64,000 nucleotides of DNA, taken from the IMG/VR virus record IMGVR_UViG_3300007352_000001, positions 177,427 to 241,426 of that record. One strand, written 5' to 3'. The notes below the pieces were generated by a model. It worked only from the letters and a program-made list of their open reading frames with translations, did no database searches and was not told the origin of the DNA. This document shows, one piece after another, positions 26,589 to 35,606 of this stretch. The stretch's first letter is position 1; every line of letters begins with the position of its first letter. A program made the position numbers and the translations under genes.

Positions 26589-26914
26589 GGACCATGCCCA
26601 AACGAGCCACGATCCACACGCTGAAGGAGCTGGAGCAGCGACGCGACGCTCGCACTGCCAAGCCGGACGCCTGTGATCTTCGCTGTGAGAACTCGAACCC
26701 GTTGAACCCGTGCACCTGCCGCAAGTGCGAGGGCCGGTGCCACGGGTCGCGCAAGATCACGCCGCAGCATCTCGAAGCCCTCTGCGATCGCAAGCTCCGC
26801 GACCCAGAGCTGTCGTCGGCCGAGAACCGTTTCTGGATGCATCAGCTACGAGCGCTCATGTCCTACGAGGCCGAGCAGCAGCACCGTCGCCGCAGACGGA
26901 AGCGCGCCGCCTGA
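26585..26914 (+). CDS. Cys-rich hypothetical protein
   Basis: CDLRC...CTC..CEGRCHG. Confidence 0.6.
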   Translation: MRTMPKRATIHTLKELEQRRDARTAKPDACDLRCENSNPLNPCTCRKCEGRCHGSRKITPQHLEALCDRKLRDPELSSAENRFWMHQLRALMSYEAEQQHRRRRRKRAA

Positions 26915-27168
26915 TGGACGAGAACAAGAAACGCCGGCTGGTCGAGCTGCTCTATCGGATCCGACCGTGTTGTGGGTTGTGCAAACACGGGTCGTTCCGG
27001 CCGGGACAGTACTTCGGCATGTGCGGGAAGAACACCTACGAGCATGGCAAGCACACCGGTCCGCCGCGGCAGCTCTCAATCTCGCGCTATGGCGTCTGCC
27101 TTGCGCCTGAGCTAGACGAGTCCAGGCTGCAGACTCTTGAAGGGTTTGGCGAGTTTGTCGACGGCTGA
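26914..27168 (+). CDS. Cys-rich small protein
   Basis: CCGLCKH...C...C; TGATG coupling. Confidence 0.6.
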   Translation: MDENKKRRLVELLYRIRPCCGLCKHGSFRPGQYFGMCGKNTYEHGKHTGPPRQLSISRYGVCLAPELDESRLQTLEGFGEFVDG

Positions 27169-27197
27169 TGGCACGGTCCTCGCACCTTTGGCCCGGT
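27169..27197 (+). promoter_or_regulatory. sigma54-like repeated promoter element, copy 8
   Basis: TGGCAC-GGTCC-TCGCA-CCTTTGGCCCGGT-ATG. Confidence 0.75.
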
Positions 27198-27207
27198 ATG
27201 ACTGGGA

Positions 27208-27474
27208 GTGCAAGTGTTTGAACTGGGAGACCAGGTGGTCGTCGTCGGGCCGGGCTCGAATCCGTGGGTTGGTCGCACTGGGACCGTTGTCCAGGTCCTC
27301 GGCGACGACGGGCCGTTCCCGTATGTTGTGAGCGTCGACGACACGCAGATCGTCGCGCAGGTGGCTGATCTGCAGCTGCATGCGCGGCCGTTGCCGGCGC
27401 TCGATCCGGACGACGATCTCCCGTGGGACCGTTGGCAAGCTGAGTGGGAGGCGCAATGCCGCGTAAGAACGTGA
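27208..27474 (+). CDS. small SH3/KOW-like beta-barrel protein
   Basis: FELGDQVVV..G....GRTGTVVQV pattern. Confidence 0.55.
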   Translation: MQVFELGDQVVVVGPGSNPWVGRTGTVVQVLGDDGPFPYVVSVDDTQIVAQVADLQLHARPLPALDPDDDLPWDRWQAEWEAQCRVRT

Positions 27475-28106
27475 AGGCCCAACCGACCGACGAGCTGGAA
27501 GACGTCGCCGCGGAGAATCCGGAGGGTGAGGAGGCCGAGGTCGAGGAGAAGGCCAAGCCGATCTTTCGCAGCGCGCTCTCAGCTAGCGTCGCCGATCAGA
27601 TCTGGAACGAGTTCACGGCAAGTGGTGGACGGACGCAGTTCGGTCCGGATGACAAGGAAGTCATCGTCGAGGTCACGCCCGACGAGAAGAGCCTCGTGAT
27701 CCGTGCACGGGCGAGCCGACCGGCGTACGCCGATCAGCCGAAAGAGTTCATCAAAAAGGTGGCGGGCCGCGTCGAGTCGACGGCCAAGCGGGCGATCGAG
27801 GAAGTGTACCTGCGAGCACTCAGCGAGGCCCAGCGTTTGATGCTGATCGCCGAGCTGTTCGATCTCTTCGAGCGCAAGCTCGTGATCGGCGACAACGAGG
27901 AAGCACTGGCGCGCATCGAGGCTATCGCCTCGCGCACCAAGCGCACGCTCTTCTACGAGCAGATGACCGAGGACGACGTCGTGTTCTGGCTCGACGAGGC
28001 GCGCATCGTGTACGAGGAGTTGGGGCCGTGGGTGCCGAAGCCGAAGGTTCCGCCGTTGGATCCGCCGAAGCCAGAGGTCGACAAAGAGGACGAGGACGAA
28101 GAGTGA
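27456..28106 (+). CDS. hypothetical protein with acidic termini
   Basis: GGAGG SD. Confidence 0.7.
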   Translation: MPRKNVKAQPTDELEDVAAENPEGEEAEVEEKAKPIFRSALSASVADQIWNEFTASGGRTQFGPDDKEVIVEVTPDEKSLVIRARASRPAYADQPKEFIKKVAGRVESTAKRAIEEVYLRALSEAQRLMLIAELFDLFERKLVIGDNEEALARIEAIASRTKRTLFYEQMTEDDVVFWLDEARIVYEELGPWVPKPKVPPLDPPKPEVDKEDEDEE

Positions 28107-28259
28107 CCATCGTGGTGTGGTTTGCCCGCGTCGGTACCATGGCGCTTGGGTTCAGCTGCACCACGGTGGGCGCCGCGTGGATGGACGCGTCGCTGATTGT
28201 CTGCGGGGTCCTGATCGTGCTACTGAGGGGCCTCGCGTTGTGGTGGTGGGAGGTGTGGG

Positions 28260-28733
28260 ATGGGGCAGTATGCGGTCAACACGTCAGTCTCGATCGAACG
28301 GTCACGGGGCGAGATCGAGTCCACGCTCATGAAGTACGGCGCGTCACGGTTCGCGTACCTGAACGATGCCGAGCATGGGCGAGTCGTCATCGGCTTCACA
28401 GCTAACAATCGGCTGCTCCGCTTCGAGCTGCCGGTTCCGCGGCGTGATGATCCCAAGTATCAGCGTGACGGCCGCAACGCGAAGCGATCGGCCGACGCGC
28501 AGTACAAGGCGTGGGATCAAGAGTGTCGCTCGCAGTGGCGTTCGCTCGCGCTCTCGATCAAGGCGAAGCTGGAGTCCGTCGCCGCCGGTATCGAGACGTT
28601 CGAGACCGCCTTCCTCGCGCACATCGTCGTGCCGGGTGAGAACAAGACCATGGGCGAGTGGGCGATCCCACAGCTCGCCAAGGCATACGAGACGCAGAAG
28701 CGGATGCCTGCGCTCATCCCGGACTTGCGGTGA
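28260..28733 (+). CDS. conserved phage hypothetical protein
   Basis: YA..TSVS.ERS..EIE..L..YGA..F...WR.L.L.IKAKLE.V..GI..FE..FLAHIV. Confidence 0.75.
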   Translation: MGQYAVNTSVSIERSRGEIESTLMKYGASRFAYLNDAEHGRVVIGFTANNRLLRFELPVPRRDDPKYQRDGRNAKRSADAQYKAWDQECRSQWRSLALSIKAKLESVAAGIETFETAFLAHIVVPGENKTMGEWAIPQLAKAYETQKRMPALIPDLR

Positions 28734-28737
28734 CGTC

Positions 28738-29412
28738 ATGACACTGCAGGAGCGGGTGTTCAGGTTCATTGACTCGACGGCACTGCACGGCGCCACCGAC
28801 GACGAGATCGCGGCAGCATTGAAGCGCCAGCCTCAGAAGGCGAGCGCGAAGCGACAGGCGTTGTGGGTTCTCAACCAGCTGACGCAGGACGGGCGCACAC
28901 GTACTTCACGGACTGGGCAGCAGGAAACCGTCTGGGTAACGAAAGATGCGGTGCGCCGAGCATACGGACTGGCACCGCTGGTTCCGCTGCAGGGTACCTC
29001 TCGGCGCACTGATCTCGCCTCACGCCTCTCGTACGCCGCGGTCAAACCGACCTTGGCGAAGAGACACATGAGTACGCTCATGGCGCTCGCCGAGTACATC
29101 GCGGCGACGGGATCGAAGCCGACGGGATATGAGCTGCTTGAATATATCAAGGCACGCAGTGGTGCGCCGCTGCTGCTGGATGTGAACAGCGTGCGGCCGA
29201 ATCTCACCGGATTGAAGGATAGAGGGCTCGTCAAGAAGGTCGGGCCGCTTCGCCATTGCACGAAGTCTCCGACAGGCAAGCGAGCGAACGAGTGGCAGTT
29301 GACGGACAGTGGGCGCGCGATGCTGCAGAACGTCGCGCAAACGGATGAACCGGTTGTGGTTGAGGAGGTGGGGCATGCAGTTGGTGGAACCAAGGGTGCA
29401 TCTGATCGGTAA
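28738..29412 (+). CDS. putative DNA-binding protein with two winged-helix domains
   Basis: GATDDEIAAAL...; TDLASRLS..; TGYEL...SVRPNLTGL..RGLV. Confidence 0.6.
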   Translation: MTLQERVFRFIDSTALHGATDDEIAAALKRQPQKASAKRQALWVLNQLTQDGRTRTSRTGQQETVWVTKDAVRRAYGLAPLVPLQGTSRRTDLASRLSYAAVKPTLAKRHMSTLMALAEYIAATGSKPTGYELLEYIKARSGAPLLLDVNSVRPNLTGLKDRGLVKKVGPLRHCTKSPTGKRANEWQLTDSGRAMLQNVAQTDEPVVVEEVGHAVGGTKGASDR

Positions 29413-30172
29413 GCCGCAGTTGCAATGGGACGCAGTCAACAACTACCTGCACGACATTGGGGGTGAGGCGTGGTTCGATCGCATCGAACCGTTGTACCAG
29501 GCTGGCGACATCACCGACGCCGAGGCGATGGTCGAGTTCGCTGGTCGGCTCTGTTACCGCGCGTGGGCACCGGGCTTGAACGCGAACGTGACCAAGGTGC
29601 GCGAGGACAGCGGCGTGTACCTGCGCAACATCCTGCAGCAACGCCACGGCTCGGTGCTGGAGCACGCATACTGGATCTTCATCTTCCAAGACGTCAGCCG
29701 GGTCTGGACGCACGAGTGGGTGCGCCACCGCATGGGCGTCTCGATCAGCCAGGAGTCGCTGCGCTACGTGCGGCTCGACAAGCTGAAGATGTGGATCCCA
29801 CCATGGGCGCAGCAGGATCTGGAGTTCTTCAACCGCGCCGTCGCACTCGTCGAGGACATGGAGGCTTTCCAGGTCTGGATGGCCGAGCACTTCAACCTCG
29901 ATCGCGAGGGCATGCCCTTCGACGAGAAGAAGGCCAAGACGTCGTTCATGCGCCGCTTCGCGCCAGAGGGATTGGCGACGTCGATGGTGTGGGGCGGCAA
30001 CACGCGAGCGGTGCGCCACGTGCTGGAGATGCGCAGCGACACCGCGGCCGAGGAAGAGATGCGCCTTGTCACCGCGCAACTCGGACACATCATGCAGGAC
30101 GAAGCACCCAAGCTCTTCGGCGATTACGTCGTCGAGGACAATCACTTCAAGACGGAGTTCCGGAAGGTCTGA
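29375..30172 (+). CDS. thyX: FAD-dependent thymidylate synthase
   Basis: EFAGRLCY, HGSVLEH, SR..THE.VRHR..SISQESLRY (RHRx7S). Confidence 0.95.
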   Translation: MQLVEPRVHLIGKPQLQWDAVNNYLHDIGGEAWFDRIEPLYQAGDITDAEAMVEFAGRLCYRAWAPGLNANVTKVREDSGVYLRNILQQRHGSVLEHAYWIFIFQDVSRVWTHEWVRHRMGVSISQESLRYVRLDKLKMWIPPWAQQDLEFFNRAVALVEDMEAFQVWMAEHFNLDREGMPFDEKKAKTSFMRRFAPEGLATSMVWGGNTRAVRHVLEMRSDTAAEEEMRLVTAQLGHIMQDEAPKLFGDYVVEDNHFKTEFRKV

Positions 30173-30187
30173 CCACAGGAGGACGGT

Positions 30188-31225
30188 ATGCCTGACACGG
30201 AAGCGATGGAGGCGGTCAACGGCGTGAAGGAAGTGCCTATCACGATCGAGGACGCGCAGGAGTGGGTGAGAACGTCCGACGACCTCGGGCTGGTTGGCAT
30301 GGCCGGCCCGCCGCGGCCGTTCGTTCATCTCTTCTTCACCGTGTTGGAGTACCGGCACTTCCCACCTGACAATCGCGTGCTCAACGACGAGTTCAAGCTC
30401 GCCTCGATCAAGTGGGGCGACGTCGTGTGGATGTTCGTCCGCGTGCCGGCGTCGTACCGGCCGCAGGTCGAGGCGGTCGCTGCCGAGATGGGGCTGCGCC
30501 TCGGCGATGGGTTGCCCACGATGCTCGGCGGGCCAGACGGCCCGCAACGGTTCCCGATCGACGGCGACAACGTGTACACGTTGGAGAACGTCGGCGGTTC
30601 ACAGGTCTACCAGTGGACACCGCAGGAACGCGACCTGGCGCTCAAGGACGAGCTGGCGCGCATCCAGCGCATCGTCGACACCAAGCGGGTCTCTCCCGAC
30701 GACGTCAAGGCGAGCTTGGCGCCGGTCGATGGACGGGTCGGCCACGCGAGTCATCCAGACACCAAGCGCAAGCCGCCACCCGCGGCCGAGCTGCTCGTGC
30801 GGCTGCGTGCGAATCCAAACGAGCGTATTCGGCTCGGCACCATCGGCCAGTTCGAGGCCGAAGATCTGATGGTGCTCGCTGGCGCGTTGGCGCCCGAGTT
30901 CACCGTCGTGTTCGACAAGGACCAGGAGATCTACGCCGGCAAGATGCCGGTGCGGATCTCCATGAGTCCTGGCGCCCGCCAGCTGATCGCCCGCTACCCA
31001 AACCGCGAGCAGGCGATTCTGCACTACGTCACGGCTGCATTCTCGGCCTTCGACAAGGACGCCGTCGAGGCTGGTGGCTACGTCAAGGCGCTCGAAGATT
31101 CGCCCAACGACGTGCGGTTGATGTGCGTCTTCACGCCTGGCGACGGAGTCTTGGCCGAGGCTGAGATCATCAGCGTCGAGGAGTTTGAGCGCACACACGG
31201 CGCCGACCAGGGCCAGGGCAGCTAG
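30188..31225 (+). CDS. hypothetical protein
   Basis: AGGAGG SD; 345 aa. Confidence 0.75.
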   Translation: MPDTEAMEAVNGVKEVPITIEDAQEWVRTSDDLGLVGMAGPPRPFVHLFFTVLEYRHFPPDNRVLNDEFKLASIKWGDVVWMFVRVPASYRPQVEAVAAEMGLRLGDGLPTMLGGPDGPQRFPIDGDNVYTLENVGGSQVYQWTPQERDLALKDELARIQRIVDTKRVSPDDVKASLAPVDGRVGHASHPDTKRKPPPAAELLVRLRANPNERIRLGTIGQFEAEDLMVLAGALAPEFTVVFDKDQEIYAGKMPVRISMSPGARQLIARYPNREQAILHYVTAAFSAFDKDAVEAGGYVKALEDSPNDVRLMCVFTPGDGVLAEAEIISVEEFERTHGADQGQGS

Positions 31226-31227
31226 CT

Positions 31228-31256
31228 TGGCACAGTCCTCGCACCTTTGAGCCGGT
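31228..31256 (+). promoter_or_regulatory. sigma54-like repeated promoter element, copy 9
   Basis: TGGCAC-AGTCC-TCGCA-CCTTTGAGCCGGT-ATG. Confidence 0.75.
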
Positions 31257-31430
31257 ATGATCCTGTGGTGCTACACGTGCCGGACGATCAGCACGCATGA
31301 GCAGGCGTTGACGCCGGCCGCGACGGTGTACACCTGCACCGACTGCGGCCGGCAGGAGACGTTCACCGCGGCTCCTTGTCGCACGCCGTCGCCGCTGCCG
31401 CGTACGCCTCTCGGTTGTCGGTCCACGTGA
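31257..31430 (+). CDS. 57-aa zinc-ribbon microprotein (absent from ORF track)
   Basis: MILWCYTC...YTCTDCG; ATG abuts promoter element. Confidence 0.55.
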   Translation: MILWCYTCRTISTHEQALTPAATVYTCTDCGRQETFTAAPCRTPSPLPRTPLGCRST

Positions 31431-31530
31431 GCCCGTGGGCTGAGCCCCAGATCATGATGCCGCAGCGCTCGCAGCACCCGGCGCTCGCTGCCGTACTCGG
31501 CGATCGTCTGCCGCTGCTCGTCGGTGAGCA

Positions 31531-31785
31531 TCAGTCTTTGCGAACCCGCTGCAGTGCTGGGGTCGTCAGCTCACGGAAGTGCATCCGGCGATCGTTCATC
31601 GAGCCCACTAGCTGGCCAGCTTTGCGCTCGTTGACCGCCCAGCGCAGAAGGCCAACGGCCTCCTCGAACAGCTGCCGCTTCGAGCGCAGCCCGAGATCGG
31701 TCATCAGTGCTTCGAGCTGCTCGAAGTCTTCCGCGGCGACGTCGCAGTTGAAGCGACGCGTTTCTTCACTCGTCCCCATCCTCAT
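31531..31785 (-). CDS. ribbon-helix-helix-like DNA-binding protein
   Basis: RFNCDV...FEQLEALM...SKRQLFEEAV.LL.W. Confidence 0.55.
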   Translation of the reverse strand: MRMGTSEETRRFNCDVAAEDFEQLEALMTDLGLRSKRQLFEEAVGLLRWAVNERKAGQLVGSMNDRRMHFRELTTPALQRVRKD

Positions 31786-32383
31786 CCTCCTCCTCCACTG
31801 TCACCGGTTTGCCCACCATCAGAGCAGGCGTGATCAACGGATCGCTCCGCGACGCGTCACCGACGCGTAGCTTGCCGAGCGGCCGAAGGTGTCGCACCGT
31901 GCCCTGCTGAATGAAGTAGCGGCTGTGCGTGACGCAGACTGCGAAGCGCACGCGGCTGGTCTTGTGCTCGACGAGCTGCGTGGCGATCTCACCACACGGC
32001 ACGGTGTCAGCCGCTCGCACGGCCGCACACGTCATCCGCTTTTTCCGATGCTCTCCCATTGGTTGCGCCAGCTCTAGGGTCATCTGCGTCATATCGACGC
32101 GGCACCCGCCCTCGACGGCGACTGCGAGTAGCTCGACCAGTGGCATCGGCGACTGGCCATTGGCGTCGACGTCGCCCTTCACGATCACGTGCGCCGACCC
32201 GCTGCGCACGCCGTAGAGGCGGACGGTGTTCGGGTGGTCGGGAGACTGCTCGGCGCGGACGACGTTCGGCGCCGTGCTCTCGATCACCAGGTTGTCGAGT
32301 TGAACGGGCCGACCGTGAGAGTCGTATGCGTCGACTGTGACTTCTCGCAGCCGGCCCTGTTCGATCTTGAGGTCTTTGCTCAC
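31766..32383 (-). CDS. Ig-like domain protein with C-terminal zinc motif
   Basis: VTVDAYDSHGRPV...STAPNVV...G.RSGSAHVIV, similar to 49533..50015. Confidence 0.55.
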   Translation of the reverse strand: MSKDLKIEQGRLREVTVDAYDSHGRPVQLDNLVIESTAPNVVRAEQSPDHPNTVRLYGVRSGSAHVIVKGDVDANGQSPMPLVELLAVAVEGGCRVDMTQMTLELAQPMGEHRKKRMTCAAVRAADTVPCGEIATQLVEHKTSRVRFAVCVTHSRYFIQQGTVRHLRPLGKLRVGDASRSDPLITPALMVGKPVTVEEEDEDGDE

Positions 32384-33039
32384 GTAGCCAACGCAAACTC
32401 CGCGGCATCGACCGGTTGTCGCTTCACCGGCGGACTCGCCGCGCGATCATCATCCGAATACGTCCAGCGAGACAGCTGGCGCCACTGCCTCTCCTCCTCA
32501 TCGAAGGCGAACATCATGTTCATCTGCGCCCGGCCAATGCCTTGGATCTCGATCAACGTCTCCGCGATGCGCTGCGCGAGCCACGAGTCGTCCGGAAACT
32601 GCTCGATCGTCAACCCTTTCAGGATGAGGATCGTACCACGGGCTTTCTGCAGCGTCTTGCGCAGCTCGTTGACCTTCTCGGCGCTGTAAACGCGCGGGGT
32701 GCTGAGGGCATCGGCGTGTTTGATCGGCTCTCGCACCGCGTGGCCGGCGGCGAGTAGCGTACGAATCCGATCACGCAGCCGCTCTTCGAGGAGCTTCACG
32801 CAGAGGCGGTGGCTGTTGCGGTGCTTCACGTTGACGCCCAGCTCGGGGATAGAGCCGACCCAGCTGAGCTTGCCGTCGGGCCAGAAGTGGCGGTGGTAGG
32901 GCTGCGTCGCCAAGCGTTCGACTTCGGCCTCGTCGACCTGGACGCGTGTCGGTGATGTGCCGGCGAGTGGTGGCTTGGAAGCGCTGCGTCGCGCGGGAGG
33001 CTTCTTCGTCGCGTGTCTCTTCTTCATCGGCATGCTCAT
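32380..33039 (-). CDS. hypothetical protein
   Basis: 219 aa, coupled; weak HicB-like segment WVGSIPELG. Confidence 0.6.
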   Translation of the reverse strand: MSMPMKKRHATKKPPARRSASKPPLAGTSPTRVQVDEAEVERLATQPYHRHFWPDGKLSWVGSIPELGVNVKHRNSHRLCVKLLEERLRDRIRTLLAAGHAVREPIKHADALSTPRVYSAEKVNELRKTLQKARGTILILKGLTIEQFPDDSWLAQRIAETLIEIQGIGRAQMNMMFAFDEEERQWRQLSRWTYSDDDRAASPPVKRQPVDAAEFALAT

Positions 33040-33590
33040 CCCTTGAACGCTTTGCTGGAGCGCTCACCAACTTGCTGCTGCCAGTCGTCACGGAGCAGGC
33101 CGAAGAGCACCCGGTCGTAGAACTGCCCACCAACTTTGACCGCACTGCGTTGGCGCCCTTCTTCGTGCATGCCGCCCTTGTGCATCGCGAGCGAGGCTTC
33201 ATTGCCACTGACCACGGTGCTCTCGCATCGGTGCACGCCGAGCTTCTCGAACGAGTAGCGCAGCAGAGCGCGAGCGGCGAAGCGGCCGATGCCCTTGCGG
33301 CGGTGCTGCGGCAGAACCCCCAGGCCGATGTCGGCGGTGTCGGCGTGGTGGTGCCGCTCGATCCAGGCGACGCCGACGGGCGTCGAGCCCTCGTGAATGA
33401 TGAACTCGATACGACCGTAGTCGGTTTTGCGATCCTCCCCGAGCAGGTGGAACGCGCCGAATGACATGAAGCGGCCCTGGTCCTGCAGCAGGATGTGCCA
33501 GATCTCAGACATCCGCTTTGCGGTGTGGGGGGTGACTGTCTCCAGCGTCACGATCCCGGTCTTCGACTTCTTTTTCTTGTCCTTTGCCAT
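33036..33590 (-). CDS. GNAT acetyltransferase (RimJ/RimL-like)
   Basis: IGLGVLPQHRRKGIG, N.AS, EG..R, D...FGLL. Confidence 0.85.
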   Translation of the reverse strand: MAKDKKKKSKTGIVTLETVTPHTAKRMSEIWHILLQDQGRFMSFGAFHLLGEDRKTDYGRIEFIIHEGSTPVGVAWIERHHHADTADIGLGVLPQHRRKGIGRFAARALLRYSFEKLGVHRCESTVVSGNEASLAMHKGGMHEEGRQRSAVKVGGQFYDRVLFGLLRDDWQQQVGERSSKAFKG

Positions 33591-33592
33591 CC

Positions 33593-33793
33593 TCAACTCT
33601 CCTCATGTTCGGGTCGCCCTCGGTTGCCGGTGATCTTCGCCGCCGGGCAATCCGTGGCGCAACCGTGGTGGCGCATCTCTCCGCAGCCGGCACAACTTGG
33701 CGCACCGTTGTAGATCGGCTGTACCCACTGCATGTCCTCGATCACTTCTCGCAACCGCTTCACGCGGCGCTGGTAGGTCCTGATGCTGGTCAT
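33593..33793 (-). CDS. small zinc-binding protein
   Basis: CAGC....HGCATDC. Confidence 0.55.
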   Translation of the reverse strand: MTSIRTYQRRVKRLREVIEDMQWVQPIYNGAPSCAGCGEMRHHGCATDCPAAKITGNRGRPEHEES

Positions 33794-34599
33794 TTGGGGA
33801 AGTGCCCCGCGTGTGCGAGTCGCTCTTTGAGTTCCTGCAGCAGCGCGCGGATTGGCCCGTAGCTGCGCGGGCCGAAGGTGTCCTCTTGCGCGATCACGGT
33901 CTCGACGACGAGGTCAATGTGGTGCCCGCAATCACACACATGCGCCCTGGGCGTCGTCCAGACATCTAGTGCACGCTGCTCCACAGCGATGAGCATCTGC
34001 AGCCGCTCAGGTTCGGTGCCTTGTGCGATGCCCAGGAGTCGGCCGAGTGCAGCCTGCATGTGCGTTTTCAACAGCGCGTACTCTTCGGCGAGCCGTTCGT
34101 ACTGGCCTGTCAGGTCCATGAGCTGCGTTTGCTGCAGCTCGTAGGCGCGTTCCCACACCGCTTCGAGCGGTTCGAGCTGCTCTGTGGCAATGGGGCTGCC
34201 AAAGTCGAGATCAGGGTCTTTGAGCCAAACGATCACGTCACGGATCAGTCGCCGGTGGGCAAGATCACGCCAACTCTCACTGGCTGCCAGCCCTTCGAGT
34301 TTCTGGACGAGTTCGAGATGAGCGTGGACAGCAGCCACATCAACGGCCTTTTCGCGGTCGTCTTCGTCCTCTTCGTCATGGGTTGCGATGCGCTGAAGTT
34401 GTCGCGCGATCGGCGGCTCGGTGAAGTACTTGAGGTAGAGTCGCTGCCCCCACGCGGGCAGGATCAGGTAAGTGATCCCGCTGTAGTGCCCCAGGCGAAT
34501 GCAGAGGATCGCTAGGAGAGCGTAGATCGTCACGATCAGCATGTGGACTGCCCAGAGAGCGCGGTCTGGAGTCGCCCACGAAAGATACTGCTCGATCAT
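33790..34599 (-). CDS. membrane-anchored coiled-coil protein
   Basis: N-terminal TM helix. Confidence 0.6.
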   Translation of the reverse strand: MIEQYLSWATPDRALWAVHMLIVTIYALLAILCIRLGHYSGITYLILPAWGQRLYLKYFTEPPIARQLQRIATHDEEDEDDREKAVDVAAVHAHLELVQKLEGLAASESWRDLAHRRLIRDVIVWLKDPDLDFGSPIATEQLEPLEAVWERAYELQQTQLMDLTGQYERLAEEYALLKTHMQAALGRLLGIAQGTEPERLQMLIAVEQRALDVWTTPRAHVCDCGHHIDLVVETVIAQEDTFGPRSYGPIRALLQELKERLAHAGHFPK

Positions 34600-35003
34600 C
34601 GTCTTCGCCGCGGCGCGTTCGTTTTCTGGCGTCGTCCGTTCGAGCCATCGAGTGCGGTCTCCATCATTTCATCAACCGAGTCAAAGACCTGGCCGACGTA
34701 CTTGGACTGCATCACCTTCGCGGCGTCGTACATGCCGAGTCGCTCAGCGATGCGCGTCATCTGCGTGGCGATCTCGTGCTTCTCCGAGAAGATCAAGGCG
34801 CCGAGGCAGTGGAGGTCTCTGCGCTCCTTCCGTACACGGTTGCCCATCGCGCCGGTGGTCTTGTGGCAAGCGAAGGTTGCCCCTTGGTGGTCGAGGAGGC
34901 CGTCAGTGATCTCGGTGATGCGGCCGGACATGAGCCGGATCCCGCCCTCACGTTTGAACGGGCAGTCGTGGCAGAGCACAGTGACATGGAACGGCCGAAC
35001 CAC
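34596..35003 (-). CDS. conserved phage Cys-rich protein
   Basis: CHDCPF...FACHKT...HCLGA. Confidence 0.7.
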   Translation of the reverse strand: MVRPFHVTVLCHDCPFKREGGIRLMSGRITEITDGLLDHQGATFACHKTTGAMGNRVRKERRDLHCLGALIFSEKHEIATQMTRIAERLGMYDAAKVMQSKYVGQVFDSVDEMMETALDGSNGRRQKTNAPRRRR

Positions 35004-35341
35004 TAGCAGCCTCGCCTGAGTCGCTGGATCGAGGCCAACAGATCGACCAGCTCGGGACGAGCCATGAACTCAGCCAGCTCATCAGCGGTAGCAGCGCGGC
35101 GCTCGCTATTCTCCATGAACACAATCACGACCCCACACTCCGCGCAGAGACCCCAATCACCTGGCTTCGGTCCTTCGACAGGTTTCTTCAGCATCGCTTC
35201 GAGCGAATCGCCTCGCTGAATGTCGATGTTGGTATCGCCGTCGAGTAGGGCTCCACACCCTGGGCATCCGCGTTTGGTGCCACGGAAGCTCTTGACGCGC
35301 ACGAGCCCGACCACTCCCAGCTTCGGGTCAGTGTGGGGCAT
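35003..35341 (-). CDS. zinc-ribbon protein
   Basis: CPGCG...PGD..LCAECG. Confidence 0.6.
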   Translation of the reverse strand: MPHTDPKLGVVGLVRVKSFRGTKRGCPGCGALLDGDTNIDIQRGDSLEAMLKKPVEGPKPGDWGLCAECGVVIVFMENSERRAATADELAEFMARPELVDLLASIQRLRRGC

Positions 35342-35594
35342 GCGCCACTGGGTTCGAGCTGATGTCGTAGACAACGCGTCGGATGTTCAGCGCGTCGATG
35401 CACGCGTTACCGAACGCGCACAAGCGGTCCCACGGTGGTGCATCCTCGATCGGATCGCCCGCCGTGAGGCGTAGCACGAGCAGCCGCTCGTACGGGCTCG
35501 TGTCCTCGTGCGTGCGCACGGTGACAAAGCTGCCGTGGACTCGCGACAGTTGGTAGTGCGTGAGCAGGTGTTGGAGCAACGCTTCCTCATCCAT
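35328..35594 (-). CDS. hypothetical protein resembling GMP synthase C-terminal domain
   Basis: YERLLVLR...IRRVVYDISSNP (cf. INRVVYDITSKP). Confidence 0.45.
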   Translation of the reverse strand: MDEEALLQHLLTHYQLSRVHGSFVTVRTHEDTSPYERLLVLRLTAGDPIEDAPPWDRLCAFGNACIDALNIRRVVYDISSNPVAHAPH

Positions 35595-35606
35595 CGGGCG
35601 AACTCC

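Noticed and set aside
2960-31256. Repeated 29-bp element as a CRISPR repeat or mobile-element end
   Set aside because: Copies are dispersed, occur on both strands and always point into gene starts. There is no regular spacer pattern, no cas gene and no transposase.
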